Position numbers and translations under genes: made by a program. From an uncultured Pirellulaceae bacterium (GTDB lineage: Bacteria; Planctomycetota; Planctomycetia; Pirellulales; Pirellulaceae), in the NCBI GenBank assembly GCA_964444865.1, contig CAYUJE010000001.1, positions 2,500-66,499 on the forward strand: DNA of 64,000 nt. The letters run 5' to 3'. Positions 1 through 9,432 of the stretch are shown one piece after another. The notes beneath the pieces are model-generated. The model saw nothing but the letters and a program-made list of their open reading frames with translations, had not been told where the DNA came from and made no database searches. Each line of letters begins with the position of its first letter. The stretch's first letter is position 1.

Positions 1-547
1 TTGATTACGTTTATTGCCGCTTGGATGTTCGTAAATGCCTTTTGGTAACATGTGTGTAACCGTTGGCAGGATTTGAACTTAACACTTCTTTCAATGCATG
101 TTTTGTGCCGGAATGGTCGGAATGGAAAGTTGCAATCTCCGATGTGGGCCTCAGTAAGGACTTAGGGCGACTTGAGCAGGTTCGCGCCACACGCTTGGGC
201 GAGTCAATGCTGCCTGGCGAAAAGTCCCTGTTTTCAATTCCGCCGATTTATACTCAAAACCGCAAGTAATTGCTAGCACTTTACTTGCGACATCGGCGCT
301 GCTACGCCTTCGGCTGCGGTTTACCCGTCAATTCAGCGCCCGAAATCTCTGCCAACAGCCCATGAATCGCCTTCCTATTCTAAATGGGAAGTTTGGGGCA
401 CTTTGTTTCGGGAAGTTGGACTCGGAAAGCGCAGTTGGTCGATTTTACAAGGAAGTATCAGAATGAGACGGATTTGGAGCCTGTTTGTCCGGGGATTAAG
501 AAGGCTCGGTTGATTCTGGCATCACTTCTGCGCGGTAGGGGGCTGCT

Positions 548-2035
548 ATGTTGTTCGCTTTTAGGACGGAATGCTTGGCTACTAATCTCAAATGCCAGCC
601 AATTAGTGATCGGTTACTCCCTCTCGGGCGATTTGGGTTAGCGGTGGCTGCCACGCTGCTGTTCGCCGCGGTCGCCTCTGCGGCAGAGACCTACGACCTC
701 ACATCCGCTATCAAGCCGGGTCAGTCACAGGCAGTTCGCACTGCGGTGGAAGTGAAGGGAGATCTCAAGCTCAATTCCGATGGCAAAGAAGTCACCACGG
801 TTCCCATGCTCGTACAGGCTGATTTGCAATACACCGAGAGGTTCCTGGCCATCAAAGCAGACGGATCTCTGCGGGCCGCTCGCCGGTACGAGAAGGCAGA
901 AGTGGCCATTCAGATCAAGAACTCGGAACTCAAGCAGCATCTCCGTGAGGAGCGCCGATTGATTGTGGTTCAGCACAAAGGAGAAGAATCCTGCCTTTTC
1001 TCCCCCGTCGGCCCCCTGAGCCGCGACGAGTTGGAACTAATCGATTCCGCTGGTTCGAGCACGGTTCTCGCTACGATTCTCCCAGGCAAGAAGGTGGTCA
1101 TTGACGAAACCTGGAAATTGGATCATCGGACCGTTGCCCGGCTCCTCGGTCTGGAAGCAGTGAGCGAGCAAGATATCGTTGCGAAACTGACCAAGGTGGA
1201 GGAATCCGTGGCCGTTTTCTCGCTGGATGGCAAAGTGACGGGGGCAGTCGGCGGCATCTCCTCGGAAATCGACCTGCATGCCAAAGCCAATTTTGACCTT
1301 AAGAAACAGGCGGTTACCTGGCTGGCCATGCAATATCAGGAAAAGCGAGCCATAGGCCACGCCCAACCTGGCTATGACGCCACCATCCGCGTCAGGACCA
1401 TCGCCGAGCCGACCGGACTGATACCCGAATTGGCCAACGATGCCCTTTCGAAACTACCGCTAGAAGCCAAGCCGGAAAACACGCTCCTTGAATTCCAGGC
1501 GGAACAGGCAGGCGTCAATCTGGCCCACGACCGCCGCTGGCGCGTGATGGTCGACCGAATGGATTCGGCCATTCTCCGCTTTATCGACCGAGGAGATTTG
1601 ATCGCCCAATGCAACATCAACCGTCTGCCGCCGCTTCCCAAAGATAAGCCGTTGACGCTGACGGCATTTCAAAAGAGCGTGGAAACGACCTTGGCCAAAA
1701 ATGGCGGCCAAGTGTCAGAAGCAGCCCAGGAAACGACCAAGGACGACGGGAAACTCCTCCGGGTCACCGTCGCCGGCACAGCTTCGGAAATTCCGATCCA
1801 ATGGTTTTACTACCACCTCACCGATTCCCAAAACCGCCGCGCGTCGGTCGTCATCACGCTCGAATCGAAACTTATGGAGCGTTATCCCGCTCTCGACCGG
1901 GAACTTATCTCGGGACTCTTGCTACTCGACACTCCTTCGACCAAGGACGAAGGGAAGGAGCCAATACCTGCAAAGAGTGAAGCGAATCTTTCGAGTGCGT
2001 CCAAAGGGCAAAAGAGTGCCTTAAAGAAGAAGTAG
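548..2035 (+). CDS. hypothetical secreted protein
   Basis: 495-aa ORF with an N-terminal hydrophobic signal-like stretch (LAVAATLLFAAVASAAE). No family motif recognised. The start codon is uncertain. Confidence 0.5.
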   Translation: MLFAFRTECLATNLKCQPISDRLLPLGRFGLAVAATLLFAAVASAAETYDLTSAIKPGQSQAVRTAVEVKGDLKLNSDGKEVTTVPMLVQADLQYTERFLAIKADGSLRAARRYEKAEVAIQIKNSELKQHLREERRLIVVQHKGEESCLFSPVGPLSRDELELIDSAGSSTVLATILPGKKVVIDETWKLDHRTVARLLGLEAVSEQDIVAKLTKVEESVAVFSLDGKVTGAVGGISSEIDLHAKANFDLKKQAVTWLAMQYQEKRAIGHAQPGYDATIRVRTIAEPTGLIPELANDALSKLPLEAKPENTLLEFQAEQAGVNLAHDRRWRVMVDRMDSAILRFIDRGDLIAQCNINRLPPLPKDKPLTLTAFQKSVETTLAKNGGQVSEAAQETTKDDGKLLRVTVAGTASEIPIQWFYYHLTDSQNRRASVVITLESKLMERYPALDRELISGLLLLDTPSTKDEGKEPIPAKSEANLSSASKGQKSALKKK

Positions 2036-2174
2036 TCTCCGCCTCACCGGGGAATGTGGCCGGAATTGACGCCTTTAGCGGTTATGCGGGGTGAACCACC
2101 CTGCGAATTGCGCATGCTAGATTTGCGGTGCCAATTGTCGTTGCGGGCACCGCAATTCTACGTAGGGACGTCGC

Positions 2175-3122
2175 ATGTTCAGCTATCTCAAGGTTCCGCC
2201 AACCACATTTGTCCTCCATTACTCCGGCGGCAAAGTGAAGCGACAGGGGGCGGGATTATCGTTCTTCTACTTCGCGCCTTCGGCGGAAATTGTGCTGGTC
2301 CCGCTGACAAGCACCGATGTTCCCTTCGTCTTCAATGAAGTGACGGCTGATTTTCAGGATGCCACGATACAAGGGGAATTGACGTACCGAATTACCGACG
2401 CCAATCGGGTTGCGGAAGTGCTCGATTATAGTGTTGATGCGAGACGGAAGTATCGCAGCGATGACCCTACGAAAATCGGCGACCGCCTGGTGAACAGCGC
2501 TCAGATTCTGGCTCGCAGTTTCACCCAGAAGCGCTCACTGGCCGAAGTGCTCGTGAGCAGCGATCTGCTGGTTGCCGAAACCCTGGCGGGCCTGCAGAAA
2601 TCACCGACGGTGCAGATGCTGGGATTGGAAGTGCTCGGCCTATCCATCCTTTCGATCAAGCCAACCCCCGAAATGTCCAAAGCCCTGCAGGCGGACGCCC
2701 GCGAAGATTTGCTTCGCAAGGCAGATGAGGCGATCTACTCCCGCCGCAACGCGGCTGTCGAACAGGAACGGAAAATCAAGGAAAACGAATTGAACACCGA
2801 GATTGCCGTCCAGCTGAAGCAGCGGCAAGTCCGCGAGACTCAGATGGCAGCAGAGATAGCCGTCGAAGAGCAGCGGGCAACGCTGGTTGATCACAAAGTG
2901 GAGAATGAGCGAAAGGAAGCGGAAGCTCGCTCCCATGCTCTCAAAGCGATGCTGGATCCCCTCAAGGGGGTTGATTGGAAGACGCTTATGGCGGCTGGAG
3001 GAGGGGGAGATGCGAAATTGAATGTCGCGCTCGCCTTCCGTGAACTGGCCGAGAACGCGACCAAGATCGGAGAGCTGAATGTATCACCCGAACTACTCCA
3101 CTCGCTGATGAAGAAGGCCTAG
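2175..3122 (+). CDS. SPFH/band-7 (stomatin-prohibitin-like) domain protein with a C-terminal coiled coil
   Basis: 315-aa ORF. The N-terminal beta-rich SPFH-like core (GAGLSFFYFAPSAEIVLVPLTSTDVPF...) is followed by an E/K/R/Q-rich helical segment. No obvious TM segment. Confidence 0.7.
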   Translation: MFSYLKVPPTTFVLHYSGGKVKRQGAGLSFFYFAPSAEIVLVPLTSTDVPFVFNEVTADFQDATIQGELTYRITDANRVAEVLDYSVDARRKYRSDDPTKIGDRLVNSAQILARSFTQKRSLAEVLVSSDLLVAETLAGLQKSPTVQMLGLEVLGLSILSIKPTPEMSKALQADAREDLLRKADEAIYSRRNAAVEQERKIKENELNTEIAVQLKQRQVRETQMAAEIAVEEQRATLVDHKVENERKEAEARSHALKAMLDPLKGVDWKTLMAAGGGGDAKLNVALAFRELAENATKIGELNVSPELLHSLMKKA

Positions 3123-3144
3123 CGCCAAAACGGCGATCAATCCC

Positions 3145-4167
3145 ATGGGCTTCCTCCCCAGCATTGCGATTGTTACCCATCCCACGCGGCTGGAAGGACT
3201 GCGTCGCCGCTGGGGGACGTTGGGACAGGCGAAGTTCCGCCTGAAAATGGCCCATGAGCAGGAAGAAGTCCTCCGTGAAGGAGGGACAGCGACCAAAGCA
3301 GCTTTACTGCGGAACAAGCGGCAGAAAACGCCCGCTCATCAAGCCCAGCAAGCGGACTTTACCGAGTATCAGCAGGAAGACGACGTCTATCGCCGCGTGG
3401 TGGACCAGTTGGAAAACGACTTGCAATTCGGCCTGCCGGTAAAGAGAGTCGACCGATCCTTCGTGCCGAACTTCGATTTTCAGACGTGTCAGGTCGTGGT
3501 GGTTGTTGGCCAGGACGGTCTGGTCGCGAACACCGCCAAATATGTTGGCGATATTCCGATTGTTGCCGTCAATCCCGATCCCCAGCGGATTGACGGTGTG
3601 TTGCTGCCATTCCAGGTGGGTGAGGCAGAGAAAGCGGTTCGCCGTGTGCTGGAAGGCAAGCATCGGAAACGGCCTGTGACCCTCGCCGAAGTCAATTTGA
3701 ATGACGGGCAAAAATTGCTTGCCTTCAACGACTTCTTCATCGGTGCGGGGAGCCACGTTTCGGCCCGCTACCAGATTGAAGTCTCGGGCCGCAGCGAGCC
3801 GCAGTCCTCAAGCGGAATCTTGGTTTCAACCGGTGCCGGTTCCACCGGTTGGTTGTCATCCGTTTTCAATATGGCGGGCGGAGTTGCTCAATTTTTGGGA
3901 GCCGCGGTGGAAGCACGGCCGACAATTGCGTGGGAAGACCGCAAACTGGTTTGGGCCGTTCGCGAGCCTTTTGTCAGTAAGCGTTCCGGGGCCAGGCTGG
4001 TCGCCGGTTGGCTGGAAGAACAGCAGGAACTGATCATCGAGTCGCTCATGCCCGATCATGGCGTCATTTTCTCCGACGGCATCGAACAGGATTATTTGCC
4101 GTTCAACAGCGGCGCCATTGCACGCGTCGCGGTCAGTCGTCAACGGGCAAACCTGGTCGTGCAGTAA
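3145..4167 (+). CDS. ATP-NAD kinase (NadK-like) fold family protein
   Basis: 340-aa ORF starting 22 nt after the SPFH gene. It has a GGDG-like motif (VVVVVGQDGLVANTAKYV), an NDFF motif and a GAGSTGWLSS motif, which resemble NAD-kinase signatures. Confidence 0.55.
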   Translation: MGFLPSIAIVTHPTRLEGLRRRWGTLGQAKFRLKMAHEQEEVLREGGTATKAALLRNKRQKTPAHQAQQADFTEYQQEDDVYRRVVDQLENDLQFGLPVKRVDRSFVPNFDFQTCQVVVVVGQDGLVANTAKYVGDIPIVAVNPDPQRIDGVLLPFQVGEAEKAVRRVLEGKHRKRPVTLAEVNLNDGQKLLAFNDFFIGAGSHVSARYQIEVSGRSEPQSSSGILVSTGAGSTGWLSSVFNMAGGVAQFLGAAVEARPTIAWEDRKLVWAVREPFVSKRSGARLVAGWLEEQQELIIESLMPDHGVIFSDGIEQDYLPFNSGAIARVAVSRQRANLVVQ

Positions 4168-4173
4168 TCACCG

Positions 4174-5169
4174 TTAGGGCTGACTGGTGTTCTGGCTGGT
4201 TCCCATCCGCTTGAGGATCTCGGAAACCTCGGGATGATTCATCAGTTGCAAGGCGGTGTTCATATCGGGTTTGCCGTTCGACTGCCGGATCAACTCCTGA
4301 ACCTGCGGATCACTAGACAATTTGTTCAAAGACTCTCGCATTTGCGGGTCCTGCATCATTTGTTGGGCCACTTGCGAATTGGGATCGAAGCTGCCGCCGC
4401 TCCTCTCACCATTGGCCACGGCTTCGGCTTGATCAATGAGTTTTCGAAGTTGCGGCACATCACGGAACGGATTCCACCGGTTTAGCAATGGCTGCACGGC
4501 GCTCGACTTGGTCGCTTCCGCCAACTCAATGATCTTGGGCCAACTCGCCTCGACGCCGGGAACTGCCGCCTTTGCACCACGAGCCTGAAAGTGCTTGAGT
4601 GTCGGCTCAAGTGCCGTGGCTCCCCACAAAACGAATGCCACCGCGAACGCCGATTGTCCACAGCCGATGAACATTCCCACGCGACGGTCAAACCACTTCA
4701 AACTTTTCACTCTTCCCATCACTACGGCACCAAGTATCTGCACCACCAGGCCGACGAAGGCTCCCGCCGCCACGCCGCTAAGAATCAATCCCATCAGCGG
4801 CGTGAGGGGGCGGTCCTGGCCTAACACTCTTGTGACCAGCGGCAGCAGATACGGCAACAAATGCGGCGCCGCCGGCGCCGCCAGTTGGTATCCACTGCCG
4901 ACAGCCGCCACCATGCTCACAAACTTCCAGGCTCCTCCCATGAAGCCGGTCAGCGCTCCAATTCCGATCATGGCGAAGGCGACCGAAGCGACGAGATCAT
5001 TGCGCAGAAAAAACAAACCACTCGCGCCCATGGCCGTGGCAACCACTGCCATCAGAACCATCGGCGTGCCAGGGGGATTGGGATCTTCCTCTCGGGGTGG
5101 CAACATGGCTGTTTTTTTTATGGCTTGAAGCGTGCGGAATCGCGGAACGCCATCGAAAACATAGCACAC
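4174..5169 (-). CDS. polytopic membrane protein with a Q/P-rich soluble C-terminal region
   Basis: 331-aa ORF with several hydrophobic helices, followed by repeats such as DPQMRESLNKLSSDPQVQELI. An alternative ATG lies at 5106. Confidence 0.5.
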   Translation of the reverse strand: MCYVFDGVPRFRTLQAIKKTAMLPPREEDPNPPGTPMVLMAVVATAMGASGLFFLRNDLVASVAFAMIGIGALTGFMGGAWKFVSMVAAVGSGYQLAAPAAPHLLPYLLPLVTRVLGQDRPLTPLMGLILSGVAAGAFVGLVVQILGAVVMGRVKSLKWFDRRVGMFIGCGQSAFAVAFVLWGATALEPTLKHFQARGAKAAVPGVEASWPKIIELAEATKSSAVQPLLNRWNPFRDVPQLRKLIDQAEAVANGERSGGSFDPNSQVAQQMMQDPQMRESLNKLSSDPQVQELIRQSNGKPDMNTALQLMNHPEVSEILKRMGTSQNTSQP

Positions 5170-5368
5170 GCGCGATCGGAAAATTCGCTACAACCCCCAG
5201 CGCCAAAGCGGTCGCGCCGGTTGTCCGGATTTAGCTGGACAGCTTCGCGGCCGTATGATGTAATCGTAATGGGGAAAATATTCGGCCTCGCGCCGGCCTT
5301 CCCTCCAATAAGCGGCTTGCCCGCTTGTTCCCGCCCAACCATTCCCCGCCTTTTCCCACGCACGACCC

Positions 5369-8300
5369 ATGCGATTACTCCCCTTTGTCTCCCCGCGATT
5401 TACCGCTCCTCTCGCGGTTTTGGTCGTTCTTTCCGCGACAGCTGCTCCGAGTTTGGCGGACGAAAAGAAAATCGACTTCAGCCGCGATATCCGGCCGATT
5501 TTGTCCAACAACTGCTTCAAATGCCACGGCTTTGACGAAAAGCAGCGGCAGGCCGGCTTGCGGATGGATGTGAAGGAAGGCTTTGGTGCCAAACTCGATT
5601 CGGGTGCCGTCGCCGTTGTGCCGGGGAAGCCGGACGAGAGCGAGTTGGTGAAACGAATTCTGCATGCAGATCCCTCCCAAAAAATGCCCCCCGCCGCCAG
5701 CGGCAAAAAACTCTCGCCCGAACAACTCGAATTGCTGAAGAAGTGGGTGGAGCAGGGTGGCGAATACCAAACGCATTGGTCGTTCATTCCGCCCGTCCAC
5801 GCGATGCCGCCCGAAGTGGCTCAGAAAGAAGGGATTAAGAACGCGATCGATAACTTTGTCCGGGCTCGTCTCCAGCAAGAGGGGCTGAAAGCATCTCCTC
5901 CGGCCGACAAAGTCACGCTCATTCGCCGCGTCACCTTCGATCTCACCGGCTTGCCGCCGACGCCCGCGGAAGTGGATGAATTTCTGGCCGATAATTCCCC
6001 GGAAGCCTACGAAAAAGTCGTCGACCGACTGCTCAGGTCGCCGCGCTATGGCGAGCACATGGGGCGGTACTGGCTTGATGCGGTTCGTTACGGCGATACG
6101 CACGGACTGCACTTTGACAACGAGCGGACCCTGTGGCCCTACCGCGACTGGGTCATTAAGGCCTTTAACGACAACAAGCCGTTCGACCAGTTCACGGTCG
6201 AGCAAGTCGCCGGCGATCTCATGCCGGATGCCACGCTGGAACAGAAAATCGCCAGCGGCTTCAATCGCTGCAACGTTAGCACGAGCGAGGGGGGCTCCAT
6301 CAATGAGGAAGTGCTGGTGCGGTATGCCGTGGACCGGACCGAGACGCTTTCGACCATCTTCCTCGGTCTCACAATGGGCTGCTCCGTCTGTCACGACCAC
6401 AAATTCGACCCGTTGACGCAGAAGGAGTTCTACTCGCTCTACGCCTTCTACAACTCCGCCGCCGATGCCGCGATGGATGGCAACGCTCTTTCGCCGCCGC
6501 CGATTATGAAACTGAAGTCGCCGGAACACGAAGCCCAGTTTAAGGTGTTCGACGGCGAAATCGCCAAGGTCAACGAACAGATCGCCGCCGAACTGGCCAA
6601 GATTGTTTATGTCGACCCGAATCCCTACGCCCCTCCGACTTCACCCGAGCCGCAGGAATACGTCTGGATTGATGACGACGCCCCCGCCGGTGCGAATCTG
6701 CAAGGGGACACGCCTTGGGAGTTCATCACCAAGGAACAAGGGCCCGTCTTCAGCGGCGCGAAAGCGACCAAACGCAAAGCAGCCGCCACGAGTCAGCATT
6801 TTTTCACCGCGGCCACAAAAACGCTCAAAGTCGGTGCCGGCGACAAGCTGTTTGCCTATGTCTATTTGGATCCCGCTGACTTGCCGAAAACGGTGATGCT
6901 GCAATGGAACGACGGAGCGTGGGAACACCGGGCCTTCTGGGGCGAGGACGCCATTGCCTTCGGCACCGGCGATACCGTCGGTCATCGCAAAATGGGTCCG
7001 CTCCCCAAAGCGGGCGAATGGGTTCGACTGGAGGTCGAAGCGGCTCACGTCGGGCTGAATCCCGGCGCAACGCTCAACGGCCTGGCATTCTCGCAGTCCG
7101 GCGGAACGGTGTATTGGGACAAGGCGGGAATCGTCAGCAAGACACCGCAAGATGGCCAGTCGTTCGAATCGCAAGCTGCCTGGGAATCCTTCGAGAAGGT
7201 TCTGGAAAAATCGACCGTGCCGCAAAACGTGCGTGACACCATCAAGATCGAAGTCGCCAAGCGGGACGACAATCAGAAGAAGGTCATTCGCGACTACTTC
7301 TTGCAAAGCGTTTATCCCAAAACGAAGCCGACGTTCGATGCACTGCAAAAGCAGATTGCCGATATCAACAAGAAGAAAACTGACCTGGAAAATTCCATCC
7401 CCACGTCGCTCGTCATGGCCGACATGCCAACGCCACGGGAGACTTTCCTGCTCATTCGCGGAGCGTATGATAAGAAGGGAGACAAAGTGACGGCTGGCGT
7501 TCCCGCCATTCTGCCGCCGCTCCCGAAGGATGCGCCGCTGAATCGGTTGGGGCTGGCGAAGTGGCTGACCGATCCGGGACATCCGCTGATGGCCCGCGTC
7601 ACCGTCAATCGTTTCTGGCAGCAGTACTTTGGCCAGGGAATCGTGAAAACGGCTGAGGACTTTGGCTCGCAGGGAAGCTGGCCGACACATCCCGAGCTGC
7701 TCGACTGGCTGGCGACCGAGTTCATTCAGAGCAACTGGAACGTCAAGCACATCCAGAAGCTCATCGTGATGAGCGGCACCTATCAGCAGTCGTCGCATGT
7801 GCCCACCGAAATGGCCCAGAGCGACCCAACCAATGAATTGCTGGCCCGCGGCCCGCGGTTCCGGCTCGATGGTGAAGTACTGCGGGATTCCGCTCTCTTT
7901 TCTAGCGGGCTGCTGGTCGAAAAGCTGGGTGGCCGCGGTGTGCGGCCCTATCAGCCGGAAGGCATCTGGGAGGCAGTCAGCTTCCTCGGCAGCAACACGC
8001 AGAACTTCAAGCAGGACTCCGGCGAGAGCATTTATCGTCGCAGTCTGTACACCTTCTGGAAGCGAACGGCTCCGCCGCCGTCCCTCACCACCTTCGACGC
8101 CCCCAGCCGCGAAGCCTGCGTCGTCCGCCGGGGCCGCACCAACACGCCACTGCAAGCGCTACTGCTGATGAACGACAAGCAGTACGTCGAAGCCGCCCGC
8201 AAGCTGGCCGAGCGGATGATGACCGACGGTGGCGCAACACCCGCCGATCGCCTCACCTACGCCTTCCGCTGGTCCACCGCCCGCAAACCGACCGAAGCCG

Positions 8301-8491
8301 AAGCCGCCGTGCTGCTCAAAATCTTCGAGTCCCATCTGGCCGACTACCAAGCGGACAAACCAGCAGCGGAAAAGCTGCTCGCCGTCGGCGATACAAAGCG
8401 GAACGAGAAACTAGACGCCAGCGAACTGGCGGCTTACACGATGGCGGCCAATTTGATTTTGAACTTGGATGAGACGGTGACGAAGGAATAG
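5369..8491 (+). CDS. PSCyt1 / DUF1549 / DUF1553 (PSD1) family protein (planctomycete cytochrome-c-domain protein)
   Basis: 1040-aa ORF with a signal peptide, a CFKCHG haem-binding-type motif, RRVTFDLTGLPPT (DUF1549-like) and CSVCHDHKFDP (DUF1553-like). Confidence 0.85.
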   Translation: MRLLPFVSPRFTAPLAVLVVLSATAAPSLADEKKIDFSRDIRPILSNNCFKCHGFDEKQRQAGLRMDVKEGFGAKLDSGAVAVVPGKPDESELVKRILHADPSQKMPPAASGKKLSPEQLELLKKWVEQGGEYQTHWSFIPPVHAMPPEVAQKEGIKNAIDNFVRARLQQEGLKASPPADKVTLIRRVTFDLTGLPPTPAEVDEFLADNSPEAYEKVVDRLLRSPRYGEHMGRYWLDAVRYGDTHGLHFDNERTLWPYRDWVIKAFNDNKPFDQFTVEQVAGDLMPDATLEQKIASGFNRCNVSTSEGGSINEEVLVRYAVDRTETLSTIFLGLTMGCSVCHDHKFDPLTQKEFYSLYAFYNSAADAAMDGNALSPPPIMKLKSPEHEAQFKVFDGEIAKVNEQIAAELAKIVYVDPNPYAPPTSPEPQEYVWIDDDAPAGANLQGDTPWEFITKEQGPVFSGAKATKRKAAATSQHFFTAATKTLKVGAGDKLFAYVYLDPADLPKTVMLQWNDGAWEHRAFWGEDAIAFGTGDTVGHRKMGPLPKAGEWVRLEVEAAHVGLNPGATLNGLAFSQSGGTVYWDKAGIVSKTPQDGQSFESQAAWESFEKVLEKSTVPQNVRDTIKIEVAKRDDNQKKVIRDYFLQSVYPKTKPTFDALQKQIADINKKKTDLENSIPTSLVMADMPTPRETFLLIRGAYDKKGDKVTAGVPAILPPLPKDAPLNRLGLAKWLTDPGHPLMARVTVNRFWQQYFGQGIVKTAEDFGSQGSWPTHPELLDWLATEFIQSNWNVKHIQKLIVMSGTYQQSSHVPTEMAQSDPTNELLARGPRFRLDGEVLRDSALFSSGLLVEKLGGRGVRPYQPEGIWEAVSFLGSNTQNFKQDSGESIYRRSLYTFWKRTAPPPSLTTFDAPSREACVVRRGRTNTPLQALLLMNDKQYVEAARKLAERMMTDGGATPADRLTYAFRWSTARKPTEAEAAVLLKIFESHLADYQADKPAAEKLLAVGDTKRNEKLDASELAAYTMAANLILNLDETVTKE

Positions 8492-8504
8492 CGTTCCCCG
8501 GAAC

Positions 8505-8545
8505 TTCTTCTGCCTTTATCTTCTTGCCAACCATTTTCTTGCCAT
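8505..8545. repeat. left arm of the inverted repeat flanking the GxxExxY gene
   Basis: 8516..8545 (ttatcttcttgccaaccattttcttgccat) is the perfect reverse complement of 9364..9393. Imperfect pairing extends to about 41 bp. Confidence 0.9.
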
Positions 8546-8557
8546 ATCTTTTGCGTC

Positions 8558-9364
8558 ATGCCAGTTTCCACCCCCATCAACCTGAAACGTCTCGACCAAG
8601 ACGAATTCAAGCAATTGGACTATGCAGTGATGGGACATGCGTACCAATGCCAAAACTCGCTGGGCCGTCTGTGCGAAGAGGGTATCTATCAGCGCGACCT
8701 CGCAGACCGACTAGAATCCGCAGGGCTAGGTCCCGTTCACGTCGAGTTTCCGATTCAAGTCACGCACGGAGATTTTTCCACGACCTACAGTGCCGACCTC
8801 GTCGTTGCTGACTCGGCAATTTACGAGTTGAAGACCACGGCCGCTCTTATCGGCGACCATAAAAGGCAACTCTTGAATTACCTGTTGCTTTGCGAGCAAC
8901 CTCGAGGAAAGCTCATCAACTTTCGACCAGCCGGTGTCGAGTCACAATTCGTCAATACGCAACTTACCTTAGACAAGCGACGGGAATTTTCGGTCGATAC
9001 TTCTCGCTGGGTGAAACTATGCAACCGGTGCGAAATGGCGGCGAGATTGCTCGATGAGTTGCTTCGTGACTGGGGTGGCTTTTTGGAGACGAACTTGTAT
9101 CTGGAAGCTGTCACGCACTTTCTAGGCGGCGAAGGCGTTGTTCTCGCACGTATTCCCGTCTCGCGTCAGGGACGTTTGCTCGGAACTCAGCCAGTTCAGC
9201 TGTTGAGCAGTGACGTTATGCTTCGGATGACTGCGCTCACGGAAAACCAGGATGAATTCGAGGTCCATTTGCAGCGGATGCTTAGCCATAGTCAGCTTCG
9301 TGGCGTTCAGTGGGTGAACTTGAATCATCACGTGGTTGAGTGGAAGACGCTGACGAAGAGTTGA
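8558..9364 (+). CDS. GxxExxY family (PD-(D/E)XK nuclease-like) protein with an extra C-terminal domain
   Basis: 268-aa ORF. The N-terminal 130 aa match the family pattern: GRLCEEGIYQRDLADRLESAGL, DLVVADSAIYELKT and HKRQLLNYLLL...GKLINF. The C-terminal ~135 aa are unassigned. Confidence 0.7.
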   Translation: MPVSTPINLKRLDQDEFKQLDYAVMGHAYQCQNSLGRLCEEGIYQRDLADRLESAGLGPVHVEFPIQVTHGDFSTTYSADLVVADSAIYELKTTAALIGDHKRQLLNYLLLCEQPRGKLINFRPAGVESQFVNTQLTLDKRREFSVDTSRWVKLCNRCEMAARLLDELLRDWGGFLETNLYLEAVTHFLGGEGVVLARIPVSRQGRLLGTQPVQLLSSDVMLRMTALTENQDEFEVHLQRMLSHSQLRGVQWVNLNHHVVEWKTLTKS

Positions 9365-9405
9365 TGGCAAGAAAATGGTTGGCAAGAAGATAAGAAGCAG
9401 AAAAA
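9364..9405. repeat. right arm of the inverted repeat flanking the GxxExxY gene
   Basis: 9364..9393 (atggcaagaaaatggttggcaagaagataa) is the reverse complement of 8516..8545. It overlaps the TGA stop of the GxxExxY gene. Confidence 0.9.
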
Positions 9406-9432
9406 TTGAGACTATCTAAAGGAAATTGGATT

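Noticed and set aside
63-269. 68-aa ORF at the window start, followed by a 9-bp-stem hairpin (259..288)
   Set aside because: It has a TTG start only and no family resemblance. The AT-rich context may be a 3' UTR or terminator of an off-window gene. The evidence is too weak to call.
5375-8155. Long minus-strand ORFs (5375..6529, 384 aa; 6641..8155, 504 aa) antisense to the DUF1553 gene
   Set aside because: They lie entirely within a well-supported + strand gene. Their Arg/Gly/Ala-rich, motif-free translations are typical of GC-rich shadow frames.
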